Assembly: GCA_051453625.1 (NCBI GenBank)
Contig: JBOZIK010000001.1
Coordinates: forward strand, 44,061,536 to 44,125,535
Origin: Welwitschia mirabilis
Lineage: Eukaryota
Direction of reading: 5' to 3'
Length of the DNA: 64,000 bases
In this document: piece by piece, positions 41,001 through 53,689 of the stretch
Layout: every line of letters starts with the position of its first letter
How positions within the stretch are numbered: the stretch's first letter is position 1
Position numbers and translations under genes: made by a program
The notes under the pieces: generated by a model
What the model saw: the letters and a program-made list of their open reading frames with translations, nothing else
Told to the model about the DNA's origin: nothing
The model's database searches: none

Positions 41001-41656
41001 ACAACATTAATAGACCATCATTTCTCTATAGATCCTGAGCATTCTTCTTCTTCTCCACCTACACTTGTGTCTGTTGCACATTAGGAGTTCATTATAACTC
41101 AAGGAGGGGAGTGATTTATTATGATTGTATTATGTATCTTCCACTTGTAGATTGTATAAAATCTCATGGTATTTATATAGACATATCATTTACTAAGTAT
41201 CATCATGGTATACATTCTTAATGCTGATATGTCATGCATATCTTTTACATATCATTTTTAACACTTTATAATTAAGATTTTTCTTATGTTATACATGATT
41301 ATTTTGTAGTACCTACAATACATTTGAGTGGAGGGATGTTAATATTGATGCATTTTAATGTTTATTTTTCTAAAAAAATTTTCACAAGCTTCTATTTTTC
41401 AAGACCAATTATTAAGCTTGTTATCCTCGTTATTGTTCAGATGACCACCAGGATGATAGCATAGCCACTTACACTACATAAGTGAAACATTTAATTACTT
41501 ATTTTTAATAATTCTATTATACATTCTGAGATTCTTGAGATTATTTCAGAGTTTACTTCACAGTTTTTTAGTTGATTTATTATTAGCCAATTTAGCTTGC
41601 AATTATGGTTATTAGCCTAGTTTTGTTAGGGACTGACAAGACTAGGTGAGGAACTA

Positions 41657-42810
41657 TGTTGAGCTGCTAGATTATATGTACTTAATAGAATATTTTAAGT
41701 ATTTTTATAGGATATTAGATAGGTTTATGCTGAGTTTCGATGATAATGAAGAGCTAAGATAAGTAATACAAAAACATGCAATCTTCATCACATTTGACAA
41801 CATTTTGAAGCAAATTATAATACTTCCTATCTGAAGCAGTAATCCTATAATAAAAGAGGCTAATCTAACACAAATAATTATATGGACGACAGAATTACTT
41901 ATGCTGATGAGGACACTTACTGGACTAATGTGGTAGCTAATGTAAAACTTGTATTATGTGACATTCTCTCCTATGATGTCAACACAACTAGTATGCATGG
42001 TTGTTCGGGTTTTTATCACATCTGATAGTGTTCATTGTTTTTAGAATCTATTTTATAATAAATACCTCCTTTGCCTCGACTTTGATTTTATCATCTTTGG
42101 CATAAAAAATTCTTGTAACAAGAGATCAAAGGATAAGAGATCCATCCTTTGTTATTTAGAGAGATGTCTTCTTTAATGTTGGGCTGCATATCCTTCATTG
42201 AGATGCTACTGCTTTGTAACATGGATGTTGGTTTGACTTAATTAAAACTCTATTTTTATTTTCATATCATTTGTTATGTGCATCTCCCTTATGATTTATG
42301 TTGCTTTTGGTTCCGTGACAGCTTCATCTATGATATAGATCATGAGAGAAACCTTTGTTAAAGTTGACATTATTAGTTTAGGTGCATCGTATTTCATTTC
42401 CTAGATTAACTTTGCACTATTTTTATATTCTGTTCAATGCATATGATAGCCTAGGTTGCTTTTGGTCCAATGATGGCTTTTCTTAATTAATCTAGATTAT
42501 AAATGGCAAATCTCTATGATAAGTTGATTTGGTAATCAGATAGATGTTATATTTAGAATAGAACTTGCATTTCATTTGCATAGTGTATTTATTTATATTG
42601 TTATTTTGCATTATTATTATTCTACTTATAGCTTACATAAGTATTTCATTTTGAAATTAATTTTCTTTCTTTTTACTTGTGCCTTCGATGGAATTACAAC
42701 ATTTAGATCACTCCCATCTATATTAGCATGTTGTGTTATGTAATATATATTTTTGTAGTTTTTAGGTTTTGTTTGAGGACATAACATTTATACAAATACG
42801 CACCATAATA
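41657..42810 (+). repeat. 3' LTR of the Athila-like element
   Basis: TGTTG...CATAATA, colinear with 28857-30035. Confidence 0.9.
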
Positions 42811-45800
42811 ATAACCAAGCCCATAATTATACATGTAACTATGCATTGTAAGGATGATTTTGATTACATAGGCTTTTTTATTTCTAAAGTTTAACTCAAG
42901 CATTTCGTAGACACATTCATGATGCCATTTATGGTTTTCACCATAATGTGGACTCATAAAAAAAACCTTAGCCTTTCGAGTTTTCAAGAAAAAAGGAGTT
43001 GTGATGTGCTACGGCCAAATAGCATAGTGATGTGTTGAATCATCACATTTGATTTCGTGAAGGACAGGTAGACAAGTTACAACATCATATCTACATGAAC
43101 ATAATAATACTATGATGTTAATGGCATCAAGATAAATATAATGCAGTCAAGAAAAAATATCAATAGGGGACTAGAAAATCCCTATTGTTAGTGGAGAGCT
43201 ATCACAAAGCTTCATTGTATTATTATAGGTTTGCATCTTACATTCTTGAATTGATTTATTTCTACACTTTAAATTTTTAATTTTAACATTCTTAGTTTAC
43301 ATGATAAGTGTTTATGAAAATGTCTTCAATTATAAAATCTGGTTATTACGTTTAATTCATTATCTCCAAGGAAATATGATTCTAACAAGGACAACTTCTC
43401 TTTGTATGATGAACATAAAGTTTAAACCCAAATCTATAACTTATTTAAAATAAAGATATGTTATTAAAAATAGACCCTTACTACTTTCATCATCTTTGAT
43501 CATCCATTGGTAGACCTTATGGAGCATCTTAAGATAGCACACATTTATAACTTAAGAGATTTAGCTTTACTCCTATTAAATTATATTGGATGTGGAAGAA
43601 ACATATATGATTTTAGATTGATGTGTATACACTGGAATCAACTATCTATATTTCCAAAAAAAACCTTTGAAAATCATGGAATTAATTAAAGTAAGTAAAT
43701 TTATGGAGCTAATAATGAGATCAAGAAATTAGATGAAAATTACGAGGCTAAATAATGACATTTAAACCATAGATTAAGTTAACCATCTAAAACTTTTACA
43801 TAGGCTATTTTTCACCTTAATTTATGAACAAAAGAATCAAAGTCTTGAGTAGTAGATTTCCCTTTTAATATGTTTTATACATTTTCATGTGATCAAATAC
43901 ATCAATAGGATAAATGGTTGTGTTTGATCATGAATAGAGAAACTACATGTATAATATTCTTATGGCTTACAATAACACCATATTAGTGAGTGACAAACAT
44001 GCAATAAGCAGTTATCACATTTTGATGCCATCAGAAGAGCTACTCATCCACCATTATAATTATATTAGATGAAGAAGGGGATTCATAAGAAATGGATACT
44101 AAATTGTATTTTTAATATAAGATAAAACTTTTATAATACATGATATTCATTATTAGAGTTTGAATCTATATAGTTTATATATATTTTAAATTTAGAAATA
44201 TCAGAGCTTTATTTTGCATTATTTGATAATATGACTTATGTATATTCTTAGTATGCGTTAATGAAAATCATGACTCCTTGTTACCTATATTTGTTTCTAA
44301 ATTTTAAATGCTTTTATCACTTCTATTGTTCCATGAACAAATATTGAATTTCAATTACAAAATAGAATACAACGATACATAATTTCAAAATAAAATAAAC
44401 ATGATAAATTTATTTCATCATGTGACAAGGGATCATCATAGTATAGGAAGTGGCTATCATAACTATTTAAAGTTACCTTTTTATGATGTATTTTTAATAA
44501 TATTTGGTAAAATTAGAATAATATAATGAGATTTTATCATTAAAAGGGTAATTTTATGAGAATAAACTTTTAAAGTAATATTTTTATCTTTTTATTTTTA
44601 TAATTTTTATAAAATTTGATGTTTTTTTAATTGCAATTATTACTTAATAATAGGATGTGATAAGATATTTAATGATATTTTATGCCTTAGATAGATTTAT
44701 CACAAAGTTCCACATGGCAATAAAAGACAACTCCACATTTATCATGTGGCAACAAAGGGGGAATGCTTGTTATACAAGGAAATAGCTATAACTTGATAAT
44801 ACATAAGGATGTCTCAATACATTTCTCAGTAATGATAGTAGGAAACAAGATCTTAAGGACCATAAATAAAGAGGATCCATTAATTTTAGTTAAAGAATGA
44901 TTATTTCTCAATAATGAAGAAAGAAGCATTATTATAATTTATTGCATGACATGAAGAAGCAATAAAATTGTTTTATCATAGAGCAATGAGAAATTGCAAA
45001 GAGATAGGTATTTGAGATTGTTGCATGGCAATTGATAGAAGATGAAGAGTCAAGTATTTTAAATTATTATTAGAAAATAAAAAAATACACAAAGATAGAT
45101 GTCTCAGATTATCACATGGCAATGATAGAATATAAAGAGGTAAGAATTTTAGATTACCACTTGGTGATAATAAAAAACAAAAACATNNNNNNNNNNNNNN
45201 NNNNNNNNNNNNNNNNNNNNNNNNNNNNNNNNNNNNNNNNNNNNNNNNNNNNNNNNNNNNNNNNNNNNNNNNNNNNNNNNNNNNNNCTATTTTTTCCCTT
45301 TGCTTTGTGTGATTGTGAGATAACAGGCAAAGGAAGCAGCAGCCAAAGCATCTTGAACTCTAATAGAGTTTCCTTTAAATTTATATTTAAATGTCTTTGA
45401 AGTACATAGCTCTTTAGTTGGCATTTGCCTTGCAACCTGAGTTATTTCCAACATGTAATCCGAAGTGAGTAGACATTTCGACGGACCCTATCTCTATTCG
45501 ACGAAGATGCTTACCCCTCCCACTTACGGCAACCGTCAATCTAATGATCCAACTAATGGCCCCTCTGTAACCTTCAGCAATTATCAGGTTTATGCCTCTG
45601 ATACTTTGATTCTGGGAAAGCCAGAAAGGGGAGATCAGTATCACTTAATCCCCAAACGATTATCAAAAATAGAAGAGACATATTGTCAGTCCATCGCCCA
45701 TGTGCCATTTCCCATTAGTATCCTTTTCAAAAATGAAGAGGAAGGCTAAGATAATTATGACTCCCCTCAACCAAGTAGGTTTTTTGAGCTTCAAGTATAC

Positions 45801-47429
45801 GTAAAAAGTGAAGATGGTGGCAGTAATTCCAGTTACACCAATGACAGTGACCATGATGTTGAATCGTAGATGCTAATCTATATTTAAATGACCAAAAAAC
45901 TCCTAAGAGGAAGAAGAAAAATTTCAATTAGAGGGGACTAAGGAGGAGGACGAAGTTTTTTTAGCGGTTCTGCACTATTCGTAGAGCAGGATAAGACCTT
46001 GACTCTTCGTCTTCTTCAGGAACTGTTTGTTGCATTGCAGGAAAAAACTGTGTACAACTAGTCAACAGTAACATGTCATTGTTCTCAGTCTGTAGTTATT
46101 GATACTGTGATGCAACAGCAGGCCGCTTCCACTTTTGAATGCCAACTGTTTAGATAGGATCAGATGACAACAGCACTAGTGGCAAGTGGAGAAAAGTTGG
46201 GGCAGTTCCACTTTGTTATCAATGCACGAAGATTTGGTGGATACAATGTAGTAGTGTGCAAGACTCACTGGAAGCAAACTCATGCTTACCCTACTAGTAG
46301 TTTTGCACCCTCGCGTAGACCCAAATTGAATAATTCCTTCACTTCTCCCTATTTAAAGCATTCCACAATAGGTTTTCACAGTGTTTTTCCTGAGATTGTT
46401 TGAATTATATACTTGGGTTATTTGCAAGAGTCCATGAGTTTTTAGACCTAGTCATGGGTTTGGAAAGTGGAAGACATTGTGCAAGATTTCTGGTGAATTT
46501 GGATTTCAGATCTCAGCTCAAAAATCGCTTAAGAAGAGAAACGTGTATAGATAATCCACTTAATGAGCGTTTCTACGAGGAGATCGCTTAAGAAGAGAGG
46601 ACTGAGCATTCCGCCATATAGAAAGTGTAGATACATGCAATTAAAATGGCTTTCTTGATACAAAAGAATCATTAACTCCATTCCCTCTTCTGCAGAATCA
46701 TCATTTCCTTTCCACAATGTTAATACCCACTCTAGCAATTCAAAATGTTCTGTATCAAATGACAACATTATAGATAGAATCCCTGCTAATGCAAAATCTA
46801 CTTAGGGCTTGTATATGCATTCATCAGAAGTGAAGACGCAGAACAAATGTAAAGAAAACACGCCCTTCCATGCCCTTTTTCACAGAGACACCTGCAAAGA
46901 AATCTCAGTAAGTAATGAAAAATAGGTTTTATTGAAAATTTTACCTACCAAAATGATTACAAAAGAACAGAATAAGCATTTTCATTTACCCATTCTTTTT
47001 GCTACCAGTAAAAATTAAAGGATTAATGCACAACAAAATTTGAATCGCATAGGTTTGCTTAGGGATATAAAGATGAGGAAGATGTTACTTCTTTGTGTGG
47101 TAATGATTTGTAGTACATTCATCATCACACACAGCCCTATTTTCAGGATTAGCATGCAATTTTAGTTAATAATACATCTAAACTTTGTATATCACCATAA
47201 TGTGAATCAATCATCTTCATAAGCTAGATGCTATTTCATATACTCTTAAGATAGACATCAAAGAGTAGATAGATGGATATATTGTGATATTCCTTATATG
47301 ATTTTAGTAAGTTATTTTAATAAGAGCTTAAAAAAATAAAAGAATTTGAATCAAAATGAACTTGTAGACCTAACAAGACTTAAGCTCCCATCTGAAATGT
47401 TTGATAAATATTCAATAAATCAACCCATT

Positions 47430-48850
47430 TTATCATAGCTAACATTTTCTTATCTTATCTATATTAGGAGTGAAACAGGGGTTCCCTCTCTCTCCAACAC
47501 TCTTTGGTCTCTTTATTGATGAGTTACAAGATTGGCTCTACAAAAAACATAATTACTATGTTATTAAGATCAGATCATTAGCAATCTAATTGCTCCTTTA
47601 TGCAAGTGATGCAGCTTTGATTTCTACTTTGAAAATAGGTATGAAAAACATGCTTCAAAAATTGGAAAATTTTTGGTAATCCTCTAGTTTAACAGTAAAT
47701 AATAAAAAAAATAAATTGATGATTTGATGCACCAAGAACACCCAATTTGATTTTAAATTCAATAGGGAGAAAATTGAAATAGTAGAAGCTTTTTGATACT
47801 TAAGCCTTTGTTACTCTAATAACTATAGATGGGACAAATGTATTTACGAGAGGATAGCAAGCGGAAATAAAGCTTTCTATGCTATAAAAAATAAATTTAG
47901 TTCACTAGGGATTTGGACTTAGCAAGGTTGTAAGAATTTTTTCCAGTCCACTGTGTATCCCACAATTTTGTATGATTATCCAGTTTGGGGGTTAGCTATA
48001 AGTGAAAGAATTGGAAAGATATCAAGAGAGTGCAGAAATTGTTCTTACTAGATTAACTTAAGGTAAAGATTCAAACACTGTATCCTATGAAGCTATTATA
48101 ATGCAATTTTTACCTATTAAAGCTGAAGCCATGTGTTAGTTTCGTGCTTATACTTTAAAGCTAATGGAAGCAGAGCAACTAAAATTTTCAAGAGCATGAA
48201 GCTATAAAAAAGAAAGCATGGTATTTCCAAGGAATGCAATAGCTAATAAAGTGGAATATTTGTTGGGATAATGTCCAAACTAATTTGTAAGCTCATCAAG
48301 TAGCATGTCCTAATAAAATTAGGGACAAATGTAAAAGGTAAGAGGAAGTTTTATTTTGAGTATATTCACCATAATCAATTTAATTTACTAGTTCACTATT
48401 GCATAATCAGAATCTCAATCAAGATGTATAGCCTTATTAGCAAAGTTCGATTAAGTTTACATCATCTCAGAATTGAAAGTGAAAGATGCAGTAGCATGGC
48501 CACAGAAGAGCGAACATGCAGATTGTGTAATCTAGGAGCCCTTGAAGATGAAGAACATGTTTTATTTTTTTGTGCTACTACAAAACCTATAAGAAAAAAT
48601 TCAATATCACTACAGGAAATATCTTTGATTTTTTCATGTTGCATCTAGTGGTTGTTGGCCACTTTATTGAATCTATCTTTGTATTTCACAATATGATCAT
48701 TTTCTCTATCCAATAAATCCTTTAGGTCTTCAAATGTAATAAAAATTTAGTTTTAATTTTAGTTATTTGCATTCATTAGTTAAGAAAAGTAGTTAGTTAC
48801 ATGTAATTTCCTAAAGCCTAGTTTCTATTATTTCAAACCCAAATCCAAAG
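47430..48850 (+). mobile_element. 5'-truncated LINE remnant (RTE/RTEX-like RT plus C-terminal Cys/His domain)
   Basis: GVKQGFPLSPTLFGLFIDEL, LLLYASDAALIS and SKVRLSLHHLRIESERC.....ERTCRLCNLGALEDEEHVLFFC. Boundaries are approximate. Confidence 0.85.
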
Positions 48851-50069
48851 GTTTTTGTCATTCATGATTAGCTTGGTTATTTTCTCACCACATGTCACCT
48901 TACAACTTTCTCATAAGATTGCATACGACACCCTTCTTAATCTCTAATTTTCAGTCTACTCTTATCATATTAACATCATGTCTCTCAATTAAATTCCTTC
49001 TAGTTCATCTCGGGGCTAAATCTACAGTAACGCAATCCTATCATTGGTTGCATACTCTAATATGCCACTTGAACTATATTCTAGAACTAGTTGTATAATT
49101 CAAACAATAAATCCTTTTTAAGAAACATATTCTAAGTAGATCTTATCTCTAATATTGAGTAAGTAATAACACCTACTATTATACAATTTGCACAAACTAT
49201 TTTAGCTTAATACTTAAAATAGGGTGAACACATATTGTAGTTCTATATAGTTTGATTTGCAGCTCATAGATAACACATGCTAAAACTAGAGATTTCAGTG
49301 TAAAATTCTATATTAATTATTTATGCACATTTTTTAATATAAATGGTAGGTTTGAACAAGCACAAAACTATGTATGAAACTTTATTCAAAATAGTTGCTT
49401 AAAAAGACATACTTAGTATGTGACTTGAAAAAGGGAGAAAAAAATAGGACAAAATATTTTGGTATCAATGAACTTTTTAAACAATCCTATTTTACTCTGC
49501 TATGCAACAGTTGATTAATTTCTAATTCAACAATGCAATGCTCAATTGAATGAAGACAAAATGTGTTCAACTAAAACATGTAAAAACAATATATAGAGAC
49601 TTATTTTAGGCTAAAGTATTACGGAATTGGTAAGCATTCAGTTCAAAAAGTTGTGCAAAATAAAGTTTTCATTTACCAAAAAAAAAAAAAACACTCTAAT
49701 TTAATTAAAAAAATAAGGCATTGAAAATTAGACTTTATAAAAAATTACAAGCAAGAAAATATCTAAGTAAAATTAAAAGTCAACTAATAACACCAAATTA
49801 TGAAGTTTTGATAATGAATTAGGAAAAGACCCCTTAAGACAAAACTTGTAGCAAATTAAATAAGCCTCCACAAAAGAAAATTAAATAAGTTTTCTGAAAA
49901 GGTATATATTGCAAGAGTTTTTATAAGATTCTCTAAAGTTTAAAAACCCAAATGTATGTTTTAAATGAGTATTTTTTGGGAAAATGATAAAAATTATCTA
50001 ATAAAAAGCCAAAAATAACTAATACAAAGACAATAAAATCCTCACATTAACAGTGTATCCTATTACATT

Positions 50070-53000
50070 CCAGAATAATTACGTTCCGGAATAATGTCAT
50101 TCCAAATGAGGGCAAAATTCTAATTAAGAGGGGGATTATTTCATTTCAAAAAGAAGACGCATTTCAAAAATTTCATGTGAGAAGTCACACAAGTGGAAGT
50201 GGCAGTGGCAGTGGCAGTGGTGCTTGCGTTGGGAATGGCCACCAGAAAGGGAAACTTCTGCAAAGGGTGGAATGGCAACGGAAACGAGTAGGCCACAACC
50301 AATAATACGATTTAAGCTATTTTTACTTGGAGTCTTTCCGTTACGAAGGGTTTTGAAGTAACGCCGTGGGACAACCGAATGAGGAGGCAAAGGTTCATCC
50401 GTGCACGGATGCGTCCAAGGAATCGTATGCTATCTACATAGAAGCAACTGCTTTCTCTCTTCACCTTACAAGAGCAGCGCCGCTATGCGAGTTCTGACTT
50501 TAACTTTACAACAGAAGAGCTGCAGTGCCACTGCCTCTTACAAGCGTACTGACATGCATGTTATCGTTGGTAGCTTCCGTTGGAAAGGGGCGTACAGATT
50601 GATGTGACGCCCAATAAAAAGTGGCGAGGGGCCGACGTCCGTCTGTGTGCTGCTTCTCTCCCTGCCTGTTTTGGAAAAACTCTTGATTTTTATTTTTCAG
50701 TCCACATGCAACGCACGAACATGCGCTTACGCACAAAGGTCACACGTCAACTGCCAATTCCACCACACCAAACTGAAACGCCCTCTCTCCGTCTTTTTCT
50801 TTAATTAAAAAAAAGGTAAAAAGGGAAACGCTAGAGTTTAGTTCAGCTTAGAAGCGGCAAATGTGTGTCTGGGTTAGGTCATCTGGTCTCCTCTGCCCTC
50901 TACACTCCATATCCTCCTTAACAAGCGAAAATAGGAGCATCTTGCTCTGCTTAATTCAACTTCCTATGTTCCTAAACCCAAACCCAATCCACCATCATCG
51001 CCACCTTTTCACTAATAATTGTGCCCTTTGTTGAGAAGAGGCACACATCTCACCTCGACATGGGATAAGAATACCTCATTACAAGCCTACGCCACCGCTC
51101 CTCCATGTTAACAGCGCGTAGTTGGAATTTCAAGATTAATTAAGAGTTATGTTAATGCACCCGTCGAGCTAATCGAGATGATGTGGGACAAATTTTAAAA
51201 AGTACTCCACGGAAAAGGAAGCAAGATAAACCTCGAAAATTTGCACCTCCATCATTTTTAATTAATTTTTCTCTCTGCCAACACCTGCATTTGTCCCCAT
51301 TCTCCCACCTTTCGCTCCGAAATCGACAATCGAAGAACAAATGATTTAACTAAAAAGATATCATAAACATCAACTTTTGACTGCTTTCTTGAAAAATTAT
51401 TTTAGATTCGGTGATCTTAACAGCGTCTGCTTTTAGGGGTTTGTTAGTCCTACGGGTCCCATCCACCGATGACCATTGTCCTTCCTTGTATTTAAATAAA
51501 GCTTTTATTCCGTGTTCTAGCCCCAGCTCCCTCGTTCTCCGAGGCAAAATGTCCTCAGGCGTCCATTTCAATTTTTTACTTCCTCGCCCTTGGGGCGAGG
51601 TCGTCTGCGTCTTTCAAGGCAAACGCAACCAGTAAGCATAGGGCAAATCCTAACTTAAAGATAATAAAAAAGGATTAAAAATTAAAACTTAAAGGCTCCA
51701 AGTTGGTAATGGCTCCGGCGAGCATAATCTCGGTCCCATCGATTCCCGAATCGCGCATATATTCGTCCTTCGCAATTATTATTTCATGATATCTACTAAT
51801 CGTCATCACATCATATGAAAGAAAGCGTTACAAGAATGTTTTTGTTCGCACGCATCTCCATCATGGATGACCTCTGGATCTTGCTGAGAGGTTTGGAAAC
51901 GGAACTTTAGGATTCCGTCAATTTTTTTACTTGTAAAAGTTACGTCAAAAATAATTGACGAAGGGTTCTGAGCGACGAAAACCGGTGGCAGAAAACAGGC
52001 AGCGAGAAAAACCAGCCCCGGATTTGAAAACAACTCCTGACAAGATGTTTCATCAAAATAGAAACGTGATAGTCACAACCTCACATGACAACATGATGCG
52101 TGACAATTTCTTCTTTCGCCTGCTTCAAGTCTTCGAATCGAATGAATAATAGGGACTTGCAGCATCATATTCTGTATCCCCCATAAATATTCAAACGATG
52201 CTGGTCGCCTAAATTTCTCCGCCGTCCAACCAAATTTGCACCGTTAATTAGTCAGTTAGTCCTAATCTTAGATGTGTCCTCAAGGCCGAGCCAGAGGCAG
52301 CAACAGTGCAGATCAAGTGGACGTAAGGTACTGCCAAATACTAGCCGACAAAAGAGTCATCCTATGAGCTCGTGACGGTTCTACACTACGTCCTACCTGG
52401 GCCCATCGTCCTCCACTAAACTTTGACTCTCAAACCGTCTACCTCTCTCTCCCGTTAGTTTATATGGTAGATGCATGTACACGTACACCCATTGGACACG
52501 GACCCTTCCTAGTGTGTGATTAGGTGTTTTTGTTTAAGCGTTAGTTATCAATATAGAATAAATTGGCAAGACTCCAGAAAGGTTAATGCCAATATTTGGT
52601 AACATTTATCGTTAATGAATTCAAAGTAACCCTTGGAAATTATGGTGTGAGTCACCATCGCTGATTGGTTTAACCATCCTATTGGATTTACATTAAATCA
52701 CCTCCACCGCACATGACAACTAAAATGAAAGGTGATTGTTGACAATTCAGTGTCACGGACTCGCATGTGTCAACTCTCCTTTTTCATAAACGATCACTTC
52801 AAATCACGCGTCATCGACTGTTCCCCTTGTTTCAAAAGAATGAAATATAGCTCCGCTTGTTGATTTCAAACGTGTTTCAATTAATGTTACTTATATTAAG
52901 TGGACCCTCATGAGTCTACATCTTGAATGGATTATATCCATTCGAATGGAGTCCCCTCTAACTGAACGTCATGCGAGCACACGTTACCATCTCTCTCGCT

Positions 53001-53260
53001 TCTCAACCACGGAAAGTTGGAGAATCCACTCAAGGGCATGCATCTGTACCCGATTTTAACGTTTAGGTGCTTTTCCCTACCTCTTTATTCTGGTAATTAT
53101 CCAGAGAAATTACCAACGGTTTCTGATAGAAGACTCTGAGAAAATGGCATAACTGCTCTCACTATAAATACAATCTGGATAAGTTCAAAATGAGCTTCAG
53201 CGACAAAAATATCCATGGAAAGAGAGCCTTAATACTAAAACACTTTTTCTCGCTCGCTAA
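50070..53260. promoter_or_regulatory. CpG-retaining, GC-richer island; probable unmethylated regulatory or transcribed region
   Basis: Abrupt rise in CG dinucleotides relative to the CG-depleted TE flanks, with no TE motifs and no credible long ORF. TATTTAAATA at 51489-51498. Confidence 0.5.
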
Positions 53261-53689
53261 GGTCTAGTCATTTTTTTTCCCCATTTGCACTCTATCTCAG
53301 CTCCTCCTTGCCTCCTCACGAAATATGAATGCTTAAAATTTAAAAAGGAAAATCTAATATAATTCAGCTTAATAATGTTGTATGTGTTGGTGATCACTAA
53401 TTTTTTTGAAAGGCCATTTGTGAGAATTAAACTTACAAACACAAAGTCACTGAAGTACTGTTCTACTCTTAAGATGTCTCCAAGAAAACCATTATAAATT
53501 TTTTTGTTTATAAAAAATAAAAATAATGATAAAAAACTTTATTGGAAAGTACATACAAAAGTAAAAATAAAAACAAAAAGAATGTATTGAATTATTAATG
53601 TTCAATGAGTCATGAATTAAAGAAGAATGTATTGAATTATGTGTATATTCATATAATGTGACTTTACTTTTATTTATATTATATTAATT

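Larger units (their letters stand above)
28857..42810 (+). mobile_element. Athila-like Ty3/gypsy element nested in the copia 5' LTR
   Basis: LTRs 28857-30035 and 41657-42810. TSD ATAAT/ATAAC (28852-28856, 42811-42815). The empty site is visible at about 10633-10640. PBS TGGCGCC... at 30039 (tRNA-Asp type). Long 3' region between pol and the LTR. Confidence 0.9.
7672..43165 (-). mobile_element. Ty1/copia LTR retrotransposon, complete but decayed, with ~3-kb LTRs and three nested insertions
   Basis: TSD GGGGA at 7667-7671 and 43166-43170. LTRs 7672-10990 and 26391-43165 (interrupted). PBS TGGTATCAGAAC at about 26377-26388 (minus). PPT AAAGGGGGGTT at about 10991-11001 (minus). Domain order is gag-PR-INT-RT-RH. 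Confidence 0.93.
26391..43165 (-). repeat. 5' LTR of the copia element, split by the Athila-like insertion (LTR parts 26391-28856 and 42816-43165)
   Basis: Both parts align to 7672-10990. The PBS is adjacent at 26377-26388. Confidence 0.9.

Noticed and set aside
50525-50666. miR408-like words (CACTGCCTCTT; TGCTGCTTCTCTCCCTGCC)
   Set aside because: Five or more differences from the mature miRNA and no fold-back partner.
51179-51190. snRNA-type USE (GTCCCACATCA, minus strand), suggesting an snRNA or telomerase RNA gene; CCTAAACCC at 50971
   Set aside because: There is no convincing TATA at the required spacing and the downstream sequence matches no snRNA I recognise. The template-like motif is on the opposite strand to the USE. 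A cmscan would settle it.
51163-51195. Similarity to the 5' end of plant 7SL RNA (GTCGAGCTAA...ATGTGGGACA)
   Set aside because: The intervening Alu-domain bases and the S-domain motifs are absent; likely chance.
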